Below, in pieces: positions 17,667 to 27,662 of a DNA stretch of 64,000 nucleotides. This DNA is from an uncultured Acholeplasmataceae bacterium (lineage in GTDB: Bacteria > Bacillota_I > Bacilli_A > Acholeplasmatales > Acholeplasmataceae): positions 16,741 through 80,740 of the forward strand of contig CAUUEZ010000004.1 of the NCBI GenBank assembly GCA_963544405.1, written 5' to 3'. The notes under the pieces were generated by a model that was not told the DNA's origin, did not search any database, and saw nothing but the letters and a program-made list of their open reading frames with translations. Within the stretch, counting starts at the first letter, position 1; each line of letters opens with the position of its first letter. A program made the translations under genes and the position numbers.

Positions 17667-18517
17667 TTTGCTAAAAACTCACAAACTGCTTTTTCGGCTT
17701 TAATTAGTTTGTCTTCATCAAAACAATTTAAAACCAAGTCTGGTTGTGTTTGGTTTTTAAACCAGGTTTTTTGTTTTTTTGCAAGGTCTAAAGTATGTTT
17801 TAAAATATTTTGCTTAGTTTCACTAAGTGTGGCGAGGCCATCTATATACATTAAAATTTCGTGGTATCCCAAGATATCGCACTCTTTTAGACCTTCTGAT
17901 CTTAGTTTTCTGACTTCATTTAAAAAACCACTTTGAAACTGAGTTTCAATGCGGGCTTGAAAAACTTCAGCCTGGCGTTCTCTTGCTAGTTCAGTTTCAA
18001 TAATGAGCATATCGTAAATTGGTGTGCTTTGTTTGAAATTAGCAAAATCAAGGTGATTTGCTGCAAAGTAATTTTCAACCTTGCGTAAATTTTTGAAATC
18101 AATTAAAATCCCTTTTGCTTTAAGATAAGCAATTTTTTCAGATATTGAAATATCTGCGTTTTTTAAATCTTTTGTGGCTTTAAAGTTAAGTGAGTATAGT
18201 GCTGACTTTAAATAGTAGCCAGAGCCACCAACTATAATTAAGGGTTTACTTGATTTTTCAATTAAAGCTCTAACGGCTTGTTGAAACTCGTATACTGAGT
18301 ATTTAGAGTTGGGCAAGTAGTCTTTAAAAGACAACAAAAAATGCTTGACTCCCTGCATCTCAGAGTCAGTTATTTTGGCTGTGCCAATGTCAAAGCCTTT
18401 GTATACTTGAGTTGAGTCGGCGTTGATGATTTTTAAATTAAATTTTTTAGCCAAAGCCACCGCAAGGTCAGTTTTACCACTTGCTGTTGTGCCTTGTATA
18501 ACTATAACTTTTTTCAA
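17663..18517 (-). CDS. miaA: tRNA dimethylallyltransferase
   Basis: 284 aa. IQGTTASGKTDLAVALAKKF...IINADSTQVYKGFDIGTAKIT is the MiaA N-terminal signature. Confidence 0.9.
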   Translation of the reverse strand: MKKVIVIQGTTASGKTDLAVALAKKFNLKIINADSTQVYKGFDIGTAKITDSEMQGVKHFLLSFKDYLPNSKYSVYEFQQAVRALIEKSSKPLIIVGGSGYYLKSALYSLNFKATKDLKNADISISEKIAYLKAKGILIDFKNLRKVENYFAANHLDFANFKQSTPIYDMLIIETELARERQAEVFQARIETQFQSGFLNEVRKLRSEGLKECDILGYHEILMYIDGLATLSETKQNILKHTLDLAKKQKTWFKNQTQPDLVLNCFDEDKLIKAEKAVCEFLAK

Positions 18518-18551
18518 ATAAATATATGCCTTTCTGATTTAGTTTTAAAAA

Positions 18552-18584
18552 AAGAACTGCTTTTTTTCAAAAAAAGCAGTTCTT
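18552..18584 (-). terminator. Rho-independent terminator (perfect 16-bp palindromic stem) after the 696-aa gene
   Basis: AAGAACTGCTTTTTTT-c-AAAAAAAGCAGTTCTT, followed by a T-run on the minus strand. It sits between the stop at 18612 and the miaA start at 18517. Confidence 0.75.
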
Positions 18585-18611
18585 AAAATTTTTAATGTTG
18601 TGTGTGTTTAA

Positions 18612-20702
18612 CTACAGTTTTAAAACGTCAAAGTAAAGTAAGATAAACGAAACTGTGGCAATTAACAGACCAAGAAACACAAGGAAGGCAAGCAGGCGGT
18701 TAAACCAACCTCTGTCGTCAACCTGTTGTGGCTGCACATAGTAGCCAACCGGCAGTACAGCCTGATTTTCAATAGCACGTGGTTTATTTGCTTCTCTTTC
18801 TTTAAGTGAAAATACTTTATACGCTTCTTTTTCGTCAGCCTCTTTAGCCTTTGCGTTTGAATCAAAGTAGCCACCATTGATTACCATGTTGTTAAATTCA
18901 TGATCTGAATGCTTAGTGTTTCCACAGCATTGGCAGCAGCATGCCATTTCAGCAATTGCACCATCTGTTGACACAACATTTCCAGATGTATTGTTTTTAG
19001 TGTTAGTAATGTAGTTAGTTGTGATGTTTCTAGTGATGTTGTGAATTTCGTTTTCAGTCTTAGTGTGAGTTTCAGAAATATTTTTATCTGAACTTAAAGA
19101 CTCAACAGCATTTTTTGAATCTGCAATATTAGTTTTAGAAACTTCTGTTGTCTGGTTTTTGTTTTCTAATTCCATTAAATCACCTGAGTATTCAGATTGT
19201 TCTTTTAAAACAACTTCTTCTGGCATTGTAGGTTCGGTTGTAAGTTCGGTTAAATCAGTTAAGTTAGAATCTTCTACAATTACAGTAGGTTCAACTGCTT
19301 TTAAAGTGTCTTCGTTATCAACTAAAATGGTTTCTTTTAAAGTGTCACTAACAACTTCAGGAGTATGTTCTGCAACATCAAACTCTTGAACTACTTCAGT
19401 TTGAGGATCTTTGCTAACTTGTTCTTCCATAACTTCTGTAATAGGTTGTTCAACTGTTTGTTCTTCTGCAACTTCAGGAGTATGTTCTGCAACAACAAAC
19501 TCTTGAACTACTTCAGTTTGAGGATCTTTGCTAACTTGTTCTTCAATGATTTCTGTAATAGGTTGTTCAACTACTTGTTCTTCTACAACTTCAGGAGTAG
19601 GTTCTGCTATAACTTCTTCTTCAATAATTTCAGCAGTAGGTTCTTCTGGAACTTCAGTAGTTTTTTCAACTATTTCGGTTTCTGGTTCTTGGTCAAAGTC
19701 AGAAATAGTTAAATCAGAGTCATTGATTTCAACTTCGTCAAAGTTAACTGGAACATACTCTTTAAACTGAATTTCAGATGAGTCAAACTCTCTGGTAGTA
19801 AGTTCAGGAGTATTAGTGTCAACTTCTTGGTTTTTTGTAACTTCTTCAAGAGTAAGTTCGTATCCTAAGTGGTCTTCTGGAACAAAGTAAGAACCTTTGG
19901 TTTGAGCAGCATGCGAAAGAATGTATTCAATAATTTCTTCTTTCTTTAACTCAGAAGAGATAGGGATTTTGCGGTCAATACAAAAACGTTCAAGTTGGAT
20001 AACATTTTTTTCATTAATTTGCTTTTCAACATCCAGATCAAACTCGTTTCTTTTTTTAAGTTCTTCAATAATGTTTTCAATAAATTGTTTTTTTCTTAAT
20101 CTAAAAGGAACGTTAACGTCGTATTTTTTGCCAAGTTCGCGAATTTCTTTAACGGTTGATGAGTTAAAAAGTACTGGTCTAAATTCTTCTGGAGTTAAAC
20201 CATCTAGCACATTTATAGGGTCTTTAAACAGTGGCCATATACCCTTGTTGAATTCATGAATCGCCTTTAAAGGTTCATATGTAGATTTTTCGGCTTGTTT
20301 AACTAATTTTAAAATGTCTGCATCTGGAACATTGTTTTCTTTCATAACATTTAAAAACAAGCACCAAAGTTCATCTAGATATTGGCGGTTTAGCGCTTTT
20401 GAGTTAAAGTAAATTAGTAGGTTTTCAAGTTCATATTCTGAGTAAATTCTAAACCAAGAAAGACGATAGTTTAACTCAGACGCCAAGGATTGCAGTTTTT
20501 GTCTAGTTTTAACAACGTATGGAAATAGCACATCTTTAAGTAGACGAATACGTCTAACTCTGGCGATTCCAGTGATGTTTTGACTAAAGAAAAACTCAAG
20601 GATTTTTTTAGGTTCAAGTTTCACTAAACTTTGTGTAAGTTCGCTAACTGGATACTCTTTGTTTTTTAACGATATATTGTCTGATAATCTAAATTGGGGC
20701 AT
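18612..20702 (-). CDS. Tail-anchored membrane protein with two HeH/Rho_N-like motifs, an acidic 39-aa tandem repeat region and a CCCQCC cysteine cluster. No family recognised for the whole protein.
   Basis: 696 aa. The HeH-like motifs are TVKEIRELGKKYDVNVPFRLRKKQFIENII and NVIQLERFCIDRKIPISSELKKEEIIEYIL. The repeat is EEQ(V/T)VEQPITE(I/V)(I/M)EEQVSKDPQTEVVQEF.VAEHTPEV, present twice. MACCCQCCGN is also present. The C-terminal hydrophobic segment is LLAFLVFLGLLIATVSFILLYF. Confidence 0.75.
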   Translation of the reverse strand: MPQFRLSDNISLKNKEYPVSELTQSLVKLEPKKILEFFFSQNITGIARVRRIRLLKDVLFPYVVKTRQKLQSLASELNYRLSWFRIYSEYELENLLIYFNSKALNRQYLDELWCLFLNVMKENNVPDADILKLVKQAEKSTYEPLKAIHEFNKGIWPLFKDPINVLDGLTPEEFRPVLFNSSTVKEIRELGKKYDVNVPFRLRKKQFIENIIEELKKRNEFDLDVEKQINEKNVIQLERFCIDRKIPISSELKKEEIIEYILSHAAQTKGSYFVPEDHLGYELTLEEVTKNQEVDTNTPELTTREFDSSEIQFKEYVPVNFDEVEINDSDLTISDFDQEPETEIVEKTTEVPEEPTAEIIEEEVIAEPTPEVVEEQVVEQPITEIIEEQVSKDPQTEVVQEFVVAEHTPEVAEEQTVEQPITEVMEEQVSKDPQTEVVQEFDVAEHTPEVVSDTLKETILVDNEDTLKAVEPTVIVEDSNLTDLTELTTEPTMPEEVVLKEQSEYSGDLMELENKNQTTEVSKTNIADSKNAVESLSSDKNISETHTKTENEIHNITRNITTNYITNTKNNTSGNVVSTDGAIAEMACCCQCCGNTKHSDHEFNNMVINGGYFDSNAKAKEADEKEAYKVFSLKEREANKPRAIENQAVLPVGYYVQPQQVDDRGWFNRLLAFLVFLGLLIATVSFILLYFDVLKL
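19352..19607 (-). repeat. 117-bp (39-codon) coding tandem repeat, ~2.2 copies
   Basis: caacttcaggagta starts at 19352, 19469 and 19586 (spacing 117 nt). The first two copies are near-identical. Confidence 0.9.
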
Positions 20703-20838
20703 ATTGACCTCTCGCGCATCGCGCTAACATAAATATTATATTGAATTATCAAATAAATACAAGCGCGAGCGGTGTTTTTTTAAAAAAACACTGGGAAAAG
20801 GCTTAATAGAGCAAATTATGTACATTAGTTTTATGTCG

Positions 20839-22293
20839 TTAAATTTCTTCGCCAAACAAGTGATAAGAGTTAGCTTTGGTGATTTTGACTTTAACAATTT
20901 TACCTATTTTGTCGCTACTGCCAACAAAGTTAACCAACTTGTTTTCCGCGCTATAACCCGAAAGTATCTTGTTATTAGAACGTGAGTAGCCATCTACTAA
21001 AACCTCTAAAACCTTGCCGACATATCTTAAACTAGATTGTTTTGCATAATATGAAGTTAGTTTATTTAACCTTGCTAGTCTTTCTTTTTTAACTTCCAAA
21101 GGCGTATCATCTTTGAATTTAGAGGCTGGAGTTCCTTCACGAGGCGAAAAAATAAAAGTAAACGCACCGTCGTACTCAACTGCTTTAACTAAATCAAGGG
21201 TATCTTGAAAATCACTTTCAGTCTCTCCTGGAAACGCAACAATGATGTCTGTAGTTACTGTAACTTCTGGTCTGAGTGCTTTAATTTTATTGATTTTTTC
21301 AAGATAAAGTTCTTTAGTGTAGTGTCGGTTCATCCGCCTTAAAACTGTGTTTGAACCAGATTGCACAGGTAGATGCAAATAAGGCATGACTTGTGGAAGT
21401 TCAGTGATTGCTTTAATGCAAATCTCGTCAATGTCGCGGGGATAGGAAGTCATGAAGCGAATGCGCGGGATTTTGGTTTTAGCCAAATCAAAAAGTAGAT
21501 GCCCAAAAGTATATTCGCGGTCTTTAAAATCACGACCATAGGAGTTTACGTTTTGACCAAGTAATGTGACTTCCATGTACCCACGATCTGCAAGCGCTTG
21601 AACTTCAGAAATTATTTCAATAGGTTCACGGCTACGTTCTTTACCGCGAGTATAGGGAACTATACAAAACGTGCAAAACTCATCACATCCGTACATAATG
21701 TTTACAAAGGCTTTGTGTGCAAACTTATGCATTTGCGGTAGGTTTTCAACAATTTCTCCTTGAATTGAGTAAACTTCTACTACCCTTTCTTTAGAAAGCG
21801 CAGCAGTTTTGATGTATTCAGGCAGTCTGTAGATGTTGTGCGTTCCAAAAACTATGTCTAGTTCTGGTACTTTTTTAAGAATTCGCTCAATAGTTTTAGG
21901 CTCTTGAGTCATGCAGCCACACATTCCAATAATTAAATCTGGGTTGTGACGTTTAAACTTAATAATGCGACCCAATTCAGACCAGGCCTTGGTCTCAGCG
22001 GTTTCTCTAATTGCACAAGTGTTAATAATATAAACATCTGTTTCTTCTAGATCTTGGGCTTTAGTAAAACCCATGTGCTCAAGGATTCCTGAAATCACTT
22101 CTGAGTCTACTTCGTTTGACTGACAACCGTGGGTTGAGACCATGAATTTCTTTAAATGGCCAAATGTCTTTAAGTCAGGATCAAGTAAAAAAACAGTGCT
22201 TTCGGTTTTTTCAAAAGTACGGCGCCTCGCTTGATTTAAGTCAGGTCGGAAATATTTAAGTAATTCCTCTTCAGTTATTTTTGCCATTTTCAA
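20839..22293 (-). CDS. miaB: tRNA-i6A37 methylthiotransferase (radical SAM)
   Basis: 484 aa. It has the radical-SAM CDEFCTFCIVPYTRG motif, an N-terminal UPF0004 Cys pattern (GCQSN...NTCAIRE...CGC) and a C-terminal TRAM-like end. Confidence 0.9.
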   Translation of the reverse strand: MKMAKITEEELLKYFRPDLNQARRRTFEKTESTVFLLDPDLKTFGHLKKFMVSTHGCQSNEVDSEVISGILEHMGFTKAQDLEETDVYIINTCAIRETAETKAWSELGRIIKFKRHNPDLIIGMCGCMTQEPKTIERILKKVPELDIVFGTHNIYRLPEYIKTAALSKERVVEVYSIQGEIVENLPQMHKFAHKAFVNIMYGCDEFCTFCIVPYTRGKERSREPIEIISEVQALADRGYMEVTLLGQNVNSYGRDFKDREYTFGHLLFDLAKTKIPRIRFMTSYPRDIDEICIKAITELPQVMPYLHLPVQSGSNTVLRRMNRHYTKELYLEKINKIKALRPEVTVTTDIIVAFPGETESDFQDTLDLVKAVEYDGAFTFIFSPREGTPASKFKDDTPLEVKKERLARLNKLTSYYAKQSSLRYVGKVLEVLVDGYSRSNNKILSGYSAENKLVNFVGSSDKIGKIVKVKITKANSYHLFGEEI

Positions 22294-22300
22294 AAAATAT

Positions 22301-23062
22301 TTACTGTTCGTAGATTTGGATACGTTTAATTTCTTTTTTAGAAAAATCCATTAAGGTTGCGTTTAAATAGCATCTACCTTCAGCAGTTTTGGCTTTTTCT
22401 GAAAATCCGTTTAAGTTTCTTTCAATCACCGCAGTGGCTTCAACTCCAATACAAGAGTCTACAACACCACACATTCCAGTGTCAGTTTGATAAAGTGTGC
22501 CTTTAGGAAGTACTCTTTCGTCGGCTGTTGGGACATGCGTGTGGGTACCGCAAATTCCTGAAACTCGGCCATCAAAGTGCAAAGCAAACGCTAGTTTCTC
22601 GGAAGTCGCTTCGCCGTGGAAATCAATAAAAACATAATCTGCTTCGTTTTTCGCCAATATTTCTTCAACTGCTTTAATTGGATTGTCTAAAGAAATATTT
22701 ATAAAAACTCGGCCCATTACATTAATAATAAGCAATTTTTTGTCGTTGAACTTAACTAGTTTATAGCCAACTCCTGGCACATCTCCGTAATTGCAAGGTC
22801 TAATAATTTGTGCGTTTGGGTCATTTAAAATAGGAAAAATTTCGCGCTTATCAAAAGCGTGGTTACCCAAAGTTACAAAATTAATACCTGCTTTCATGTA
22901 GGCCTTGTAGTGTTCTGGCGAAATGCCCAGGCCATGCGTGGTGTTTTCACCATTGACCACAATAAAGTTAGGTTTATAGGTTTGTTTAATTTCAGGTAAT
23001 TTAGAAAATAAAAACCTTCGTCCTTCTTTGCCAAAAACATCGCCAATAAATAGTAATTTCAT
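22301..23062 (-). CDS. ymdB: YmdB-family metallophosphoesterase (2',3'-cyclic-nucleotide phosphodiesterase-like)
   Basis: 253 aa. Motifs are MKLLFIGDVFG, NGEN, GNH and DFHGEATSEK..GTHTHV. The position downstream of rny is the conserved Firmicute arrangement. Confidence 0.85.
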   Translation of the reverse strand: MKLLFIGDVFGKEGRRFLFSKLPEIKQTYKPNFIVVNGENTTHGLGISPEHYKAYMKAGINFVTLGNHAFDKREIFPILNDPNAQIIRPCNYGDVPGVGYKLVKFNDKKLLIINVMGRVFINISLDNPIKAVEEILAKNEADYVFIDFHGEATSEKLAFALHFDGRVSGICGTHTHVPTADERVLPKGTLYQTDTGMCGVVDSCIGVEATAVIERNLNGFSEKAKTAEGRCYLNATLMDFSKKEIKRIQIYEQ

Positions 23063-23133
23063 CTCTTAATTTGACCTCGTTTCTATACCTTAATTATAAA
23101 GGGTTTGTTTTAAAAAAATACTTAAATCTAAAC

Positions 23134-23175
23134 AAAAATAGGTTTGATTTATTTAAGTAAACAAATCAAACCTAT
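23134..23175 (-). terminator. Rho-independent terminator after rny
   Basis: A 13-bp stem, ATAGGTTTGATTT...AAATCAAACCTAT, followed by a T-run on the minus strand. Confidence 0.65.
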
Positions 23176-23207
23176 TAAAATGATTTTAAAAAATTTTAAG
23201 TTAGTGT

Positions 23208-24770
23208 TTATTTAGCAAAATCAGTAACTCTGGTTTCACGAATTAAAGTAATTTTAACGGTACCTGGAAACTGCATTTCATTTTCAATGCGTTCTTTGAT
23301 GTTTCTCGCGATTAGTGCCATTTCTTTGTCAAACACTTGATCTGGTTTAACCATGACCCTGATTTCTCTACCTGCTTGAATTGCGTAGGCTTTTTTCACA
23401 CCTTGGAAAGAGTTAGCTATTTCTTCAAGTTGAGTTAAACGTTTAATGTAGTTTTCAGAAGACTCGTTGCGGGCACCTGGACGAGAGGCAGAAATTGCGT
23501 CGGCAGCGGCGACTAATACAGCAATTACGGATTTTGCTTCGCGGTCTCCGTGGTGGGAAGAAATTGCATCAATTACTTCGGGGGCTTCTTTGTAGCGTTG
23601 TGCTAGTTTAACGCCAATTTCTACGTGTGAACCTTCCATTTCGTGATCAATGGCTTTGCCGATGTCGTGAAGCAAACCGGCTCTGCGCGCAATATATTCG
23701 TTTTCACCAAGTTCAGCGGCTAACTTGCCTGCTAAAAACCCAACTTCCATACTGTGTTTAAGAACGTTTTGTCCAAAACTTGTACGGAAAGCCATACGTC
23801 CAACAATGCGAATTAAGTCTAGGTTCATCTTGCCAATTTCCATTTGGAAAACAGCGTCTTCACCAGCCTGAAATACATAGTCATCAACTTCTTTTTGGGC
23901 TTTTTCTACTAACTCTTCAATTCGCTGCGGATGAATTCGCCCATCTTGAATTAAAGCAGTAAGCGCTTTTTTGGCAACTTCTCTACGAATCGGGTCAAAT
24001 CCAGACAAGACAACGGCGTTTGGAGTGTCGTCAATTACCACGTCAACTCCAGTCAAAGCTTCAAACGCACGAATGTTTCTACCTTCTTTTCCAATAATTC
24101 TTCCTTTAATTGAGTCATCTTGGAAATTAACCACTGAAATAGTGTGGTCAGCAGTAGCATCGGATGCATACTTTTGCATAGCGATTGCCAAAATTCCTTT
24201 AGCCTTGCGCTCTGCTTCAAGTTGTGCACGTTCTTCAGATTCACGAATATATGCACTCATTTCGTGTTGCATCTTGTTTTCAAGGTCTTGCATAATTTCG
24301 GCTTTCGCTTGGTCTTTAGAAAGACCAGCAACACGCTCAAGTTCACGTTCAGCCTCAGTGATTTTTTCTTCAACTTTCGCATGTTTTTCATCAAGTTCAA
24401 ATTGTTTTTGTTGAATATTTTTATCTTTATCGTCAATAGATTGCTCACGTTTATCTAAATAAAGTGTGCGATTGTCTAAAGACTGCTCACGAGTGATTAA
24501 CTTATTTTCTTGTTCAGCAACTAGTTTAAGACGGCTGTTGATGTTAGCCTCTGCGTCTTGTTTTAAACTTTCAATATTACTACGTCCTTGTTGTAAGTAT
24601 TCTTTTTTTAAGCGATCGGCTTCTTTTTTTCCTTCGCTAATAATCTTTTCAAAAGTAAATTTGGCTTTTTTTAGCCCCTTTTCATAGGTTATTTTTCTGA
24701 CAATATACCCAAGGATTGAACCAAGTATAATAGAGGTTAAACTCGCAAGCACTATAATTAGTGCAGTCAT
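23208..24770 (-). CDS. rny: Ribonuclease Y
   Basis: It has an N-terminal TM, a coiled coil, a KH domain ([15 protein letters not shown]) and an HD domain (LLHDIGKA). The preferred start is ATG 24770 (MTALIIV...), preceded by GGAGGA. The ORF-track start at 24845 is probably an extension. Confidence 0.92.
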   Translation of the reverse strand: MTALIIVLASLTSIILGSILGYIVRKITYEKGLKKAKFTFEKIISEGKKEADRLKKEYLQQGRSNIESLKQDAEANINSRLKLVAEQENKLITREQSLDNRTLYLDKREQSIDDKDKNIQQKQFELDEKHAKVEEKITEAERELERVAGLSKDQAKAEIMQDLENKMQHEMSAYIRESEERAQLEAERKAKGILAIAMQKYASDATADHTISVVNFQDDSIKGRIIGKEGRNIRAFEALTGVDVVIDDTPNAVVLSGFDPIRREVAKKALTALIQDGRIHPQRIEELVEKAQKEVDDYVFQAGEDAVFQMEIGKMNLDLIRIVGRMAFRTSFGQNVLKHSMEVGFLAGKLAAELGENEYIARRAGLLHDIGKAIDHEMEGSHVEIGVKLAQRYKEAPEVIDAISSHHGDREAKSVIAVLVAAADAISASRPGARNESSENYIKRLTQLEEIANSFQGVKKAYAIQAGREIRVMVKPDQVFDKEMALIARNIKERIENEMQFPGTVKITLIRETRVTDFAK

Positions 24771-25046
24771 TTTATCCTCCAGACAGGGTTTTAAAATTAA
24801 CTCTGTCGCTATTTGAATTATAGGCAACTCACCCCCAAAAGTCAAATAGTTTTTTTAGGTTAAACTGTGCTAAAATACACCTAAAGGAACTAATTTTTAA
24901 ATATTTATTTAAAGGAAAACTTAAGTTTTTATTGCCTATTTTGACTTTTAGAAACAAGGCAATTAAAAGCATTTGAATAAATTAAACTTATGCAAAACCA
25001 ACACAAAAAATAAATATATTATTTAAATAAATTGAGGTATAAATTT

Positions 25047-25664
25047 ATGATTTTGATGAACAATATAATTGATGAAAGTAACGCAAATATCCACAAAAAA
25101 TGTCTTGAGTGCAGACTACCGCTTTCTTTTAAAGACAAACGTTTAGCCAAAGAACTAATAGATTACGTTAGAAACTCAATAACTCCAGAAATCAGAGACC
25201 GCTATAACTTGCGCGAAGCTGTAGGTCTAGCAGCCCCTCAAATCAATGTCCTTAAACAAATGTTTGCAGTTTACTTTTACGACATAGACGAGACTTTTTA
25301 TAACTTTGTAGCGGTCAATCCTGAAATTATTGAAAGAAGCAAAGAACTAGTTTACTTACCTGAAGGCGAAGGGTGTCTAAGTGTCAACCGAGAAACTGAT
25401 AACTTACTAACCCCTAGACACAAAGAAATAACTGCTAAATTTTTAAAAATAGTGGAAGGTGAAAAACCAATTTGGGTTACACAAACTTTTAAAGACTATC
25501 CAGCAATTGTCTTCCAACACGAATACGACCACTTGCAAGGCACATTATTTGCCGATAAAATGTTTAAAGAATTACCAGAGGCTAAACCTGTTTTTGATTT
25601 AGATAAAATCAGAGCTGAGTATCAAGCCAAAGTAGATGCCGCAAATACAAAAGAAATAAAATAA
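25047..25664 (+). CDS. def: Peptide deformylase
   Basis: The motifs GLAAPQI, EGCLS and HEYDHL are present. ATG 25047 lies 9 nt after GAGG. The track start at 25032 is a TTG. Confidence 0.92.
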   Translation: MILMNNIIDESNANIHKKCLECRLPLSFKDKRLAKELIDYVRNSITPEIRDRYNLREAVGLAAPQINVLKQMFAVYFYDIDETFYNFVAVNPEIIERSKELVYLPEGEGCLSVNRETDNLLTPRHKEITAKFLKIVEGEKPIWVTQTFKDYPAIVFQHEYDHLQGTLFADKMFKELPEAKPVFDLDKIRAEYQAKVDAANTKEIK

Positions 25665-25672
25665 AGGCGTAG

Positions 25673-27523
25673 ATGGCAAAAATTTCTAAAACTAATTTCT
25701 TAAACTACATGCGTTGTCCACGCTACGTGGCTTTAGAAAAACTAAGATATGAAAAAGGCGAGGCGGTGGTTGCTTTTGACCCAAACGCCACAATTCAGGA
25801 TTTTTTATCTGAAGAAACAAACGCGAAAAAACAAGAAATTTTGACGCACATGTATGAAACTATAGAAAACGAAGGCGGAGATTTAGAAGAAGTATTTGCA
25901 CCTGACTTAAACCAAAGCATCACACTTGATCTTTACATGGATGACTTTAAACAAATTGAGGTGTTGGCTGCGGAACGAGTAGAAAAACAATTTGGTGGTC
26001 AAGTTATTTTTGCAAAAGACACTAATCTACAAAAATACATTGCCGTAGAACAAGGAGACCACACTTATTATTCTTTTATTGATATTTTTCAAGAAGACGA
26101 CAACGCTATTCGTATTTTTGAAGTAAAAGCAACTACTACAAATAAATTTTTAACTAAACTAACTACCAAAAAAGACGGACCTGCTTTTATTTACAACGAA
26201 AAAACCAAAATTATAGAAGACGTCATGCCAACTGAAAAAGCCAGAGCGAAAGTCACCACACGCTTTGACACAAGTGGAATTGGACGAATTTCTTTTGACT
26301 TAGCATACCAGCGATATGTGGTTGAACAAAGTAAGCAATTTACCAAGCCAGTTTATTATTTCTTAGCGGTTTTAAACCACGAATACGTATACGACGGTAA
26401 AACTAACGAACACGGTGCAAGGGTCTACAACCCAGACGCTATAGTTTCTTTCATTGACTACAACAAAATCACTGAATATTTACAACCCACAATTGCTGAG
26501 GAAATTAAAAAAATTGAGCAGGAGATAGACTTAGCTGACGCTTCTAAAGTAAACTTTGGTGTACACTGCCAAAAAGGAAAGAACTTAGAGTGTCAATACT
26601 TTTCTTGTGTCTGTAAACACGATTGGCAGATACCAGATAAATACTCCATATTTGAATACATTGACCGCCACCATGGTTTTAAAAACAAGGTAGAAAAACT
26701 AGAAATTAAAGACCTGGTTGATGAAGGCACAGTTAAAATGACAGATCTAGACGATGAATATCTAAACCGCGAAAAAAATAAAACTCAAAAATACTGTGTG
26801 CTTACAGGTGAAGAGCATATTGACGAGGCTTTAGTTAAAAAATATTTAGACGAAATTAAATTCCCGATTTACCACTTGGACTTTGAATCTACTAACTTTC
26901 CTTTACCGCGCTATGTTGGCGAAAAACCCTACACTCAATCCCTATTTCAGTTTTCTATACACATAGAAAAGGAGTTTGGCAAATGTGACTTAAAAACAGA
27001 CAACGTCTACTTTTTGAATAAAGACACGAAAACTGACTACAGACTTGAGTTTACCAAACTCATGCTTGAAACTATCAAGCCAGACGGTGGTAGCGTGATG
27101 GTTTACAACAAAGCGTTTGAAAACACACGAATTAAAGAGTTAATGAAACTTTTTAAAGCAAATACTAAAATGGTAGAGGGCTTGCAAAATATCTTAGACA
27201 GAATATATGACTTAATGTATGTCTTTAAAGGGAAAAGTGCAGACAAACCAAAAGGAGGTTTGGCTTACTACCACCGTGATTTGTTTGGTTCATACTCAAT
27301 TAAAAAACTGCTTCCTGTTTTTACAGACCTTTCTTATAAAAACTTGGAAGTACAAAACGGACTAATGGCAGTGCAGGAATATTTGTCTTTTACTGAAAAA
27401 AAAGGACCTGACTACGACAAATCATACGCAGCACTTTTAGCGTATTGCGGCCAAGACACCTACTCAATGCACTTGCTTTTAAAAGCGATTGCCAAAAAAG
27501 TAGGTTGGCAACCTAAAAAATAG
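25673..27523 (+). CDS. DUF2779-type protein: an N-terminal PD-(D/E)XK-like nuclease fused to a DEDD-like exonuclease-like C-terminal domain
   Basis: 616 aa. The N-terminus has FIDIF...IRIFEVKATT (D...EVK). The C-terminus has YHLDFESTNFPLPRY.GEKPYTQSLFQFSIH, then YNKAFENTRIK and YCGQDTYSM. Confidence 0.65.
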   Translation: MAKISKTNFLNYMRCPRYVALEKLRYEKGEAVVAFDPNATIQDFLSEETNAKKQEILTHMYETIENEGGDLEEVFAPDLNQSITLDLYMDDFKQIEVLAAERVEKQFGGQVIFAKDTNLQKYIAVEQGDHTYYSFIDIFQEDDNAIRIFEVKATTTNKFLTKLTTKKDGPAFIYNEKTKIIEDVMPTEKARAKVTTRFDTSGIGRISFDLAYQRYVVEQSKQFTKPVYYFLAVLNHEYVYDGKTNEHGARVYNPDAIVSFIDYNKITEYLQPTIAEEIKKIEQEIDLADASKVNFGVHCQKGKNLECQYFSCVCKHDWQIPDKYSIFEYIDRHHGFKNKVEKLEIKDLVDEGTVKMTDLDDEYLNREKNKTQKYCVLTGEEHIDEALVKKYLDEIKFPIYHLDFESTNFPLPRYVGEKPYTQSLFQFSIHIEKEFGKCDLKTDNVYFLNKDTKTDYRLEFTKLMLETIKPDGGSVMVYNKAFENTRIKELMKLFKANTKMVEGLQNILDRIYDLMYVFKGKSADKPKGGLAYYHRDLFGSYSIKKLLPVFTDLSYKNLEVQNGLMAVQEYLSFTEKKGPDYDKSYAALLAYCGQDTYSMHLLLKAIAKKVGWQPKK

Positions 27524-27535
27524 CAATTAAATCTC

Positions 27536-27568
27536 AAAACCAATCAGCATAACACTGGTTGGTTTTTT
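27536..27568 (+). terminator. Rho-independent terminator after the DUF2779 gene
   Basis: AAAACCAATCAG-cataaca-CTGGTTGG followed by T6. Confidence 0.7.
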
Positions 27569-27662
27569 ACTTTTCAGCAATTAAACTGCTGTTTAAAACA
27601 CCAAAAACTATTTTTAAGCAATTTAGTTAATCTGCATAAATATATATGCGGAGGAACTCATA

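Noticed and set aside
19159-20259. Plus-strand ORFs antisense to the 696-aa gene, including a repeat-containing 115-aa ORF (19365..19712)
   Set aside because: Their repeat structure only mirrors the 117-bp coding repeat on the minus strand. The FCN/FFN-rich translation is not protein-like.
20703-20838. GC-rich complementary arms (CTCGCGC at 20709-20715 vs GCGCGAG at 20762-20768) that could sequester the SD of the 696-aa gene, plus the palindrome GTGTTTTTTTAAAAAAACAC
   Set aside because: The best -10 hexamer (TATAAT) lies between the two arms, so the 5' arm is probably not in the mRNA. The A/T palindrome is a weak terminator at best. This is not enough to call a riboregulator.
23780-24687. 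Several ORFs of 60-147 aa on both strands within rny
   Set aside because: They overlap a highly conserved gene (RNase Y, with KH and HD motifs) and have no independent signals.
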